Shown: piece by piece, positions 18,823 to 26,900 of the stretch
Layout of the letters: every line of letters starts with the position of its first letter
How positions within the stretch are numbered: position 1 is the first letter of the stretch
Virus record (IMG/VR): IMGVR_UViG_3300030430_005103
Span: 1-57,728 of that record
Strand: one strand, 5' to 3'
Origin: a virus
Lineage: Duplodnaviria > Caudoviricetes
DNA length: 57,728 nt
Translations under genes and position numbers: made by a program
Notes under the pieces: model-generated
Database searches by the model: none
What the model was told of the DNA's origin: nothing
Seen by the model: only the letters and a program-made list of their open reading frames with translations

Positions 18823-19122
18823 ATGATAATATATGTAGATATTGATGAAACAATATGTGTTTCTCCAGAAAGCAGAGATTACAAAGAAGCACAACCCATA
18901 AAAGAAAATATTAAAAAGATCAACGAATTATATTATAATGGTGATACAATAGTTTACTGGACAGCAAGAGGCACCACAACAGGAATCAATTGGAGAGAAG
19001 TTACGGAAAAACAATTTAAAAAGTGGGGCGTAAAATATCATGATTTAAAATTTGGAAAGCCTGCTTATGATCTGTTCATCGATGACAAAAATATTAATTC
19101 TGAAAGATTTTTTAAGGAGTAA
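18823..19122 (+). CDS. Minimal HAD phosphatase (capsule-biosynthesis type)
   Basis: YVDIDETI, WTARG, GKP..D..IDDK. Confidence 0.88.
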   Translation: MIIYVDIDETICVSPESRDYKEAQPIKENIKKINELYYNGDTIVYWTARGTTTGINWREVTEKQFKKWGVKYHDLKFGKPAYDLFIDDKNINSERFFKE

Positions 19123-19124
19123 AG

Positions 19125-19346
19125 ATGAGTGAAATTCAACATACAAATTTATCAAAACAAGCAATTGGTGCGCTAATGATGGCACTACAAAAATCTTTAA
19201 TGGAACAATCTGATATTGTTCCAGTTTTAGAAAACTTTAAGATTACAAATTCTCCTGAAGGTCTCGTTGTTTTAAATCCACCTCTAGTAAAAGTTAATGA
19301 GGATACAACGGCTGACTGGGATGCCGTTTGTGACCAATCAGAGTAA
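19125..19346 (+). CDS. Hypothetical protein
   Basis: AAGGAG SD, ORF fills the gap. Confidence 0.7.
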   Translation: MSEIQHTNLSKQAIGALMMALQKSLMEQSDIVPVLENFKITNSPEGLVVLNPPLVKVNEDTTADWDAVCDQSE

Positions 19347-19357
19347 GGGGAAATACA

Positions 19358-19606
19358 TTGCCAATTTATGTTTATCAGTGCGGAGATTGCTTAGGTGAGT
19401 GGAAAGAAAACCACTTAATGTCTGAATCAATAGATGAGTGCCCGTGGTGTACGTCTAAAAATATTGGACGCAAGCCGAGTAATTTTTCTTATAGCGTGAA
19501 TAAACAAGAAAAAAATAAAAAAACTGGTGATTTGACGAAAGAGTTCATAGAAAGCTCAAAGGAAGATCTTAAAAACCAAAAAAAGGAACTAGATAGTAGC
19601 AGATGA
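19358..19606 (+). CDS. FmdB-family zinc-ribbon protein
   Basis: MPIYVYQCGDC...CPWC. TTG start after AAGGGG. Confidence 0.85.
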   Translation: MPIYVYQCGDCLGEWKENHLMSESIDECPWCTSKNIGRKPSNFSYSVNKQEKNKKTGDLTKEFIESSKEDLKNQKKELDSSR

Positions 19607-19893
19607 CACACCTTTTCTTGGCCTTTTCAGTAGTTCTCAATTTTGTTTTTATCTGGTATATCGTTCAGCTTTTGAAGAGATTTTTAACTTTTCAAGAGGA
19701 GCTAGATAGTTTTAGTGAAACATTAGAAGAGTATAGAGATCATATCGATATCGTTAACGGTCTCGAACGCTTTTATGGTGATGAAACACTTGGTAATTTA
19801 CTTCGTCACTCAAAGGCACTAGTTGAGGAATGCCAGAGTTTTCAACGTGTCTTAAGACAAGAGGAAGAAGAGTATGCCGAGGAAGAGAACTAA
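19603..19893 (+). CDS. Membrane-anchored coiled-coil protein
   Basis: N-terminal hydrophobic helix (LFLAFSVVLNFVFIWYIV) followed by an acidic coiled coil. Confidence 0.7.
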   Translation: MTHLFLAFSVVLNFVFIWYIVQLLKRFLTFQEELDSFSETLEEYRDHIDIVNGLERFYGDETLGNLLRHSKALVEECQSFQRVLRQEEEEYAEEEN

Positions 19894-20572
19894 AAACCAT
19901 TATTTCAGAAAAGAACATCAAGACGCAATAGTAGAGTATTGTCAAACACAAGAACCCAAGCGTCGAAATGAGCTTTATAAAGAGTTTATTGGCCCAGTGT
20001 TTGATGAAATGGTAGATAAAATTGTCTACACTTACAAATTTACCTCTCTCCCAAATATTGATTCTCTTAAAGACGATTGTAAAAATTGGCTGATTACAGT
20101 GCTTAACAACTTTGATCCAGAAAAAGGATCAAAAGCCTTTACTTACTTTAGTGTTGTTTCAAAAAACTGGTTTATAGCAGAGGTTAAAAAGACCTCTAAA
20201 AAGGCCAAAAGAGAAACTCATTTAGAAGAATATTTCTTAACTCACACCGATCAGTCCAACACTCCATCAATTCAACAATTGGTTGTTCATAATACTTATA
20301 TTGAGGATCGCAATAAGCATGAATTCTTTTTACATCTTAATGAGGAAATAAAATCCTGGAAAAAAATGCCTCTTCGTGAGAATGAAGTAAAGACCATACA
20401 AGCAATAGAGATTCTTTTTAGCGAAGCGAACAATATAGAAATTTTTAATAAAAAAGCTATTTACTTGTATATTAGAGAAATAACTGGTCTAAACACAAAA
20501 CAAGTTGTAAGTTCTCTAAACAAAGTAAGAAAACGTTACGCGGAGTTTAAAAAAGAATGGGACGATCAATAA
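19874..20572 (+). CDS. Phage RNA polymerase sigma factor (T4 gp55-like, late)
   Basis: HYF N-terminus and NFDPEKGSKAFTYFSVVSKNWF region-2 motif, a C-terminal HTH, and position at the head of the structural block. Confidence 0.75.
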   Translation: MPRKRTKNHYFRKEHQDAIVEYCQTQEPKRRNELYKEFIGPVFDEMVDKIVYTYKFTSLPNIDSLKDDCKNWLITVLNNFDPEKGSKAFTYFSVVSKNWFIAEVKKTSKKAKRETHLEEYFLTHTDQSNTPSIQQLVVHNTYIEDRNKHEFFLHLNEEIKSWKKMPLRENEVKTIQAIEILFSEANNIEIFNKKAIYLYIREITGLNTKQVVSSLNKVRKRYAEFKKEWDDQ

Positions 20573-20853
20573 AAGATTTAGAAAACTATATTCAAGAAGC
20601 AATCAACAACATTCGCGACGACCGAGATATTACATCCACCCTCCTTACACAAGTTTTTGCAGAAATCACTAACGGCCAAGAAACTCATAAAGATTTGGGT
20701 TTAATCGCTGCCAAATATGTAGAAACTTTACAAAGATCTAATGAACAATTAGTAAAACTTACGTCTATTATGGCCAAGAAAACCGATTCTGGTGTAGAAC
20801 TATCAGAGGATGACAAACGAGAGCTTTTTGATGTAATTCAAGGGGATAAATAA
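20557..20853 (+). CDS. Helical hypothetical protein
   Basis: Overlaps the end of the sigma gene; coiled-coil character. Confidence 0.7.
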   Translation: MGRSIKDLENYIQEAINNIRDDRDITSTLLTQVFAEITNGQETHKDLGLIAAKYVETLQRSNEQLVKLTSIMAKKTDSGVELSEDDKRELFDVIQGDK

Positions 20854-20855
20854 GA

Positions 20856-22976
20856 ATGCCTAAATTCTCTTTTGTTAAAAATAATTTTCAAATTAGATCT
20901 GGCACTAAAATCTATGATAAAAAAACATCTAGTTCTGTAGGGTTGGCCAGAGAAAAGATTAAAGACGCCAACTCAAGAGACGCGTTTATGGACGCTAATC
21001 TTCTGGTTGGTGATTTCATAATGCAGGTTTTCCCAGATAAAAATCTTGAAACTGATTATATGTTTGATGACTTCTTAGCGGCCGCCAAAATATCAAAAGC
21101 GTTTGATGTTAATAGCCCAAACTTTTCACCGTTTTTGGCAATTGTCAACATACCAGAGATAACCCACATATCCACTCCGGAATCAAACGACAGCACCCCA
21201 GAGTATAATCGCAAAATAAGAGATATAGTCGGAACATTAGGAGTATTTAAATTATACAACTACACCGGTAACGAATTTGCTGTCCCAAACTATGGAGACC
21301 CAGTACAAGTCACATTTAAAGATATGGACACATTTTCGGATCCTATTTTTATTAGACCAATGATCACTGGGCAGGTTAATTTTGCCGGCAGCCCTGGGCA
21401 ATCATCTGCACCTTCAAGCTATTATGACACATGTGGTTCAAAGCCAGCATTGAAAACTAAAATACCATTAGATAAAATAGCAAAAGAGGCCGCCGCCGCC
21501 GGCGACGATGAATTTGCCGCAGTCGTTGCCGAAACATCAGAATTGCTGGCAGAGTCAGCTGAACTTGATGCTGAGATATCAAAGTTAAAACCAATTGACC
21601 TTGGTTTGTCTGAGACTGGTTCAGAGGCTGTACAAAATATCGAAAATAGCACTCAAGACAAAGCTGCTAAAATTATTAAACTAGAAGAGGAAATTGTAAA
21701 TGTTGAATCTACAATTAATGCTTATTCAGAGCAAGCTAGTGCTATAGAGGCAAATTACGGTGGTGTGCCACCCGGTATATATGAAACAGATTATTTGGTT
21801 TACTTGGGACTACAAGAGTCGCTGGACAAAACAATATCTAAACGAGATATAATAAAAAATAAGCTGGATAGTTTAAAAAATCAACAAGAACAAGAAGCAG
21901 AAAAAAAACAAAGTAAAGCTGGTCCTTCCAAGCCAAGTCAACAAAAAGAAGATAAAAATACTCCTAACACAGCATCACCACCCCAACCAACACAAACAGC
22001 TTGTCGACCTCCTGGTAATTTTGATGTCAATAGTGGCCCATATCCAGATGATTTAAAGTGGGTAAAAATGTCTAATTTTGGTCCCAGAGTTTGGCAGATA
22101 AAAGGCACTGCCTATCACGGTTGGGGTACTGTAAAAATGCAAAGATACCTTAAAGGACTCAACAACGTTAGAGGTGGTGAAGATTTAGGTAGAGGATATA
22201 CTAATCCTATAGGTAAAAATGCGTCGAGTACAATGAAATCTAGACTAGCATTACCACCTGATATAAAGCCCGGTTGGTGGTTTGGTGATGTCTCCAGAGG
22301 CCGCTCAGGTGGAGATACATGGAACAGACACCTTACCCACCAAAGCGGCATCGGTGTTGATATTTCTATACCAACAAAAAATGTTGTAAATGGTAGGGTT
22401 TTTAGGGGTATGAATTTGAGAATCAATCCGATTCTCGAAAAGAAAGGTAAATCTTCTGCCAACTCACCAAAATTTTGGGGCATGAAAGGAACTCCAACGC
22501 TTACTAGAGAATACATAGATGAAGTTGCCTTGATGGACTATCTAAGATACTCAATACCTCTGTGCGAAAGAATTCTATTTGGCAAAGACCAGCTTAAATA
22601 TGCCATAGAATTAATGGAAAAGTGGGCTAGAGAAGGAATAAATGGATGGAGTTTAACAAGTAAGCATTACTTAGAAGCACAATGGGCCGCCCGTAAATGG
22701 CCTGCTGGTCAGAAGCCTAAAGAAACCTGTAGGCTTTATGGAGATGATCCCGTACATAATAACCACTTTCACATTCGTTTGAGAGGTCCGGGTATCGCCC
22801 CAGGTCCATTTACTAAGCATGGTCGACAGAGATATCCCGCCGACCAAAAGCCGGGTATGGATAAGCGCGGCGGAAGATATGGCACCAGGGGAACAACAAA
22901 AGATCAAGGTAATGGTCAAGTGGATCCAGGACAACCTGGTTACACTCAACCTAAAAGCACTTATAAGAAAGATTAA
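20856..22976 (+). CDS. Probable baseplate hub protein with C-terminal MepA-like (LAS) murein endopeptidase
   Basis: PNYGDPVQVTF OB-fold-like motif, a coiled-coil/Pro-rich linker, then GDVS...GG...HLTHQSGIGVD...HNNHFHIRL. Confidence 0.7.
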   Translation: MPKFSFVKNNFQIRSGTKIYDKKTSSSVGLAREKIKDANSRDAFMDANLLVGDFIMQVFPDKNLETDYMFDDFLAAAKISKAFDVNSPNFSPFLAIVNIPEITHISTPESNDSTPEYNRKIRDIVGTLGVFKLYNYTGNEFAVPNYGDPVQVTFKDMDTFSDPIFIRPMITGQVNFAGSPGQSSAPSSYYDTCGSKPALKTKIPLDKIAKEAAAAGDDEFAAVVAETSELLAESAELDAEISKLKPIDLGLSETGSEAVQNIENSTQDKAAKIIKLEEEIVNVESTINAYSEQASAIEANYGGVPPGIYETDYLVYLGLQESLDKTISKRDIIKNKLDSLKNQQEQEAEKKQSKAGPSKPSQQKEDKNTPNTASPPQPTQTACRPPGNFDVNSGPYPDDLKWVKMSNFGPRVWQIKGTAYHGWGTVKMQRYLKGLNNVRGGEDLGRGYTNPIGKNASSTMKSRLALPPDIKPGWWFGDVSRGRSGGDTWNRHLTHQSGIGVDISIPTKNVVNGRVFRGMNLRINPILEKKGKSSANSPKFWGMKGTPTLTREYIDEVALMDYLRYSIPLCERILFGKDQLKYAIELMEKWAREGINGWSLTSKHYLEAQWAARKWPAGQKPKETCRLYGDDPVHNNHFHIRLRGPGIAPGPFTKHGRQRYPADQKPGMDKRGGRYGTRGTTKDQGNGQVDPGQPGYTQPKSTYKKD

Positions 22977-22997
22977 TTTGGAGATATAGAAAATAAA

Positions 22998-23978
22998 ATG
23001 AAGAAAAAAGCCTATGATGTTTCCAAACTAACATCAGAACAGAAAGTAAGACTTAGTTTAAGCAATCAAAGTGAAAATTTCTTAGGGATCAGAGGCGATA
23101 CTTTATTGGAGCCAGCTATTCTCCCTTTGAAATCTAAGTCTGAAAAAAGATTTATTGGTGAGAACGGGCAATGTATTTCTCTGATGAGAGATACCCCCCG
23201 CGCTCCCGGCAGTGGATATGGAGCACAAACCGGCGCCGGCGCAATATCTATTGGTGTTGGGTACAGTTCTGATGATCCGGCCAATGCGACAGCAACCTCC
23301 CCAGATGGTTTAGGTTTACAGCCGCTAGTCTCAGTGAGGGACCATAAAACTACAGCCGCGGAAATATATATTTCTCAAAAAACAGATGTTGATGATAATT
23401 TAAATCTGCCGGCCGGCAACATTGGAAAATTAAGAGCTAAATCTGCTATAACTTTGAAGGCAGATTCTATAAGAATAGTAGGTCGTGAGGGAATAAAATT
23501 TGTTTCTGGCGTGTCAGGAGAAGAAGCAAATTCAGGTGGAGGAATTATACGTAGCGTGCCTAGAATTAATTTTATAGGTGGGGAGGATGACAGTAACTTA
23601 CAGCCAATCGCGAGAGCACAACAGATGGAAGAGGTTATTTCAGACATTTATGAGCAAATAAGTGAATTAAATAGCATTTTGGATACCTTTATGACTACTC
23701 AAATCGAATTTAATGGTGAAGTTATGACCCATCAACATGGCAGTGTCGCTATTCAATCTGTAGGTGTGATTGCTGCTGGAAATCCTTTTGCCATTAATGA
23801 TGGTAAGACCGATATGTCTTATCAATTGCTTTCTTCTGGTATGAAAGCGATGTCAACAGAATACACAGCAAAAGTTGATGGAATAATGCAAAAACTTCAA
23901 TTAGCAGTAACTTCGTTTAATAGCAGTAACGCAGTGGGTCCAAAAAACCCCTCAAGTCCAAGTTTCTATACAACGTAA
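22998..23978 (+). CDS. Baseplate spike-like protein (gp5 C-terminal/gpV-like)
   Basis: Short beta repeats (SAITLKADSIRIVGREGIKF), a helix, then the HQH motif typical of spike apices; baseplate context. Confidence 0.55.
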   Translation: MKKKAYDVSKLTSEQKVRLSLSNQSENFLGIRGDTLLEPAILPLKSKSEKRFIGENGQCISLMRDTPRAPGSGYGAQTGAGAISIGVGYSSDDPANATATSPDGLGLQPLVSVRDHKTTAAEIYISQKTDVDDNLNLPAGNIGKLRAKSAITLKADSIRIVGREGIKFVSGVSGEEANSGGGIIRSVPRINFIGGEDDSNLQPIARAQQMEEVISDIYEQISELNSILDTFMTTQIEFNGEVMTHQHGSVAIQSVGVIAAGNPFAINDGKTDMSYQLLSSGMKAMSTEYTAKVDGIMQKLQLAVTSFNSSNAVGPKNPSSPSFYTT

Positions 23979-23991
23979 AGAGAGAAGAATA

Positions 23992-26900
23992 ATGAACTAT
24001 TTTAAAAGATGGTATATACAGCCGGTTATTACAAAAATAAATGATGATGTTGCGATTGAAATATTTAATAATAGGATCGCAGCAACAGCCCCCAGTGGCT
24101 ATGATTTTGAAAACATTCAATTTATACAATTGTTCTCGACAAGTGAAGATGGCAGTACACCGTCGTTTACTGAGTTGGCAGAAGATATAGCTGGTGAGAT
24201 CTATCACTGTAATGTAAAGTTTCCGTTGTCTGATATTAAGAAGATATGGTCTATAGAAGAGATAACTACTAGTGCATATGCTGAAGCAATAATAGAAAAT
24301 TATGGTGATTTTCAAACTGTGCTAAAGTCAAAAATAATGGAAAACTTTGTTACACATGAAGAAGACAAAATAAAAAAGGTAGGCCGATATCTTAAAAATC
24401 AATTAGAGGGAATGAGGCTTTCTGATCGAAGCGTTCGAGACGAAACATTGAGCGTAACTATATCACCCAATGATGGTTTAGCACTTTTTACAATGATTGA
24501 AAGAACCTCAGATATTTTCTTAAGTGGTCGTTATTATATTGAAACTGGCGAGGAAGAGGCCGGTTCAATAATGAGTTTTCAAGCTATCATTTTCTTACAA
24601 AAACAAGTTGTTGATGAACCCCGCATCGAAATAACTGATCAATTTTTCGCTGGGCCAGATAATATTAGTTTATTTGGTTTAAACCCTCTAGGTCTAAATA
24701 AGTTAAGAAAAGTAGCGTGTTATCCTGTTCCGAAAGAAGAAAGAAATCCAAAAGACGATGATTCTGGGGCAGAAACAAAAAGAAAAAAATTGACTCCAGA
24801 GGATATAAAAAAAAGAGAACTAACAAAAAAACAAAAAGCAGATATATCAAAAAAAGTTAAAGCAAAACTTCTACAAGTTAGCGACTCTGCTTTTTTGAAT
24901 GCTCTTTTAAACGCCGATAAAATAAGGACCACCAGAGATGCTTTTGATTTTGTACTTAATGTTTTCCCGTTAAGTCAAATTATTGATCTCGCAATTGATT
25001 GTTTAAAAAAATACTTACCAGATGCTCCAGATTTGGTTGTTTGTAATGTGATTATGAAAAACCTATCAGATGCAGAATTACAGAAAATTCTACGGTATGT
25101 AAATGTTAATGTTACGACTGATACAGTTGCGGCCGCATTTAAAGCACAACTAATTGATCAATTCGATGGCTCTGTGGAAGATGACTCATTGGGCTTTAAA
25201 GATTTCTTACTAACCCAGTTTAATTCTAATGTTGGCACAAAAGAAATAATTTGTGCCATGGTATTTGCTGCTATACCAGCAGCTATTACATTGTTGGCTT
25301 TATACACGAAGCAATCAATCTCAAATTTAACACCCGAGGGTACTTGCGGTGATCCTCTTTTGCCGACTGAAAAACAAGCGAAAAAGGCTTTAGAAAATCC
25401 AGTTAAAGATATACTAAATCAGATTGAAAAAGGTCTTAAAAGTCATCCAATATTGGGCTTTACAAGAAACTTACCTGATACTCTCTTGAAACAACTTATT
25501 TTATTTGTCGATCAAATTATAGTGAAGGCAATTGCTTTTATATTACAAGAGCTAGCGTATTTATGTGATGGATCAAGTAAAAGTGATTTTGCTAATGCCC
25601 CATCACAAGCTCAACCATTTGATAGTAATATTAATGATTTATTAATAAATAAGAATGACGATGCTGTTTATGACGACTTATTTAATTTCATAAACAACAT
25701 ATCATTTAATGGTGCCCCCGACGATGTAGACATCGAATCAATTAAAGATTTCTTTCAAGATATCTCCGACCTGTTAACGCTGTCTGAGTTGTGTGTATTG
25801 ATGACTGGCGAACCAACAGATCTCAGGTATAATCTTATTATTGATAAATTGCTTTATGGCCTTTTGTCTCTTGGAAAATACACACCTTTAAAAATAGTCT
25901 TAGACACGCGACAAAAAATTAAAAATTTTGTTAATGTTTTTGCTGAAAATTTTGATGAAGCGGCATGTAACGAAAGAATAGAGGATCTAACAAAGAGAAA
26001 AAAAATGCTGTCTGATCTGTGTGACTCAACCGACAATGCTTATATTGATGATTTGAAAAACAAAGCAGCACAAGATGCGATTGATGATTTATTAAATCAA
26101 GAAAAGGATCTTCTGGAGGATCTATTAAATACAATTAAAGATTTAACGTCTCCTGAAGCACCTGAAGTTTTTTGTGGGCCTGACGCAACGGCCCGCGGGG
26201 TACAGCCATTATTACCTTCTTTTCAAGATGCTAGTCAATTAAATATTGCTAAAAAGCACCTAGCTTCAGTTTTATCAATCGCCAATAAAACATTTGAAGT
26301 AGAAATAAATGGTTTTAAAACAGCATTAACAAGATCAAAGCAATTTGATATATCTAAAAACTCAATATCTGCCGTCTCAAAGATTTTCTCTAGTGGTATG
26401 GCAGGTAACATCGGCGGGGCTCTCAGCAAAACTTATGGTATAGACCCCACAACGGAAAATGAAGAGCCTGCTTTTGATAAGGAAGGTGTAGAAGCAAACG
26501 TTAAATATCTTTCCACTCAAAATAAATTGGTGGCCCCATTAGTCAATGAAGTTTTTACTTCAATAGGGTCTGAAAACAACTTGACAGTAATTCCTCTTGA
26601 AACTGGTCTGTATGGCAGCACAGTATTAAAGATATCAACATCATGGCAAAATAGCCAGTTAGACTATTATTTATATCTTCCATCATCCTCACAATTAAAA
26701 CCGCAAGGCTTTAATGATGAAGATTACATGATACCTGTAGATGAATTAGAAGGAGACGATGCAGATCGTCGATTGTCACCAAACGGAACAAAATTAGTGT
26801 TTTCTGCTCTTGATGATAATGAGGTGGCGGTGTATAACAGCTCTCTATCCAGCCAAAGCAGCGCCTATCCGCTAAAAAAAGGTAAAATATTTGGCACTGG

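Noticed and set aside
6513-19122. Bacterial capsule/LPS locus or chimeric assembly
   Set aside because: The genes are translationally coupled to phage genes on both sides, share the GGCGCC/RCCGGY signature, and include no export or polymerase genes.
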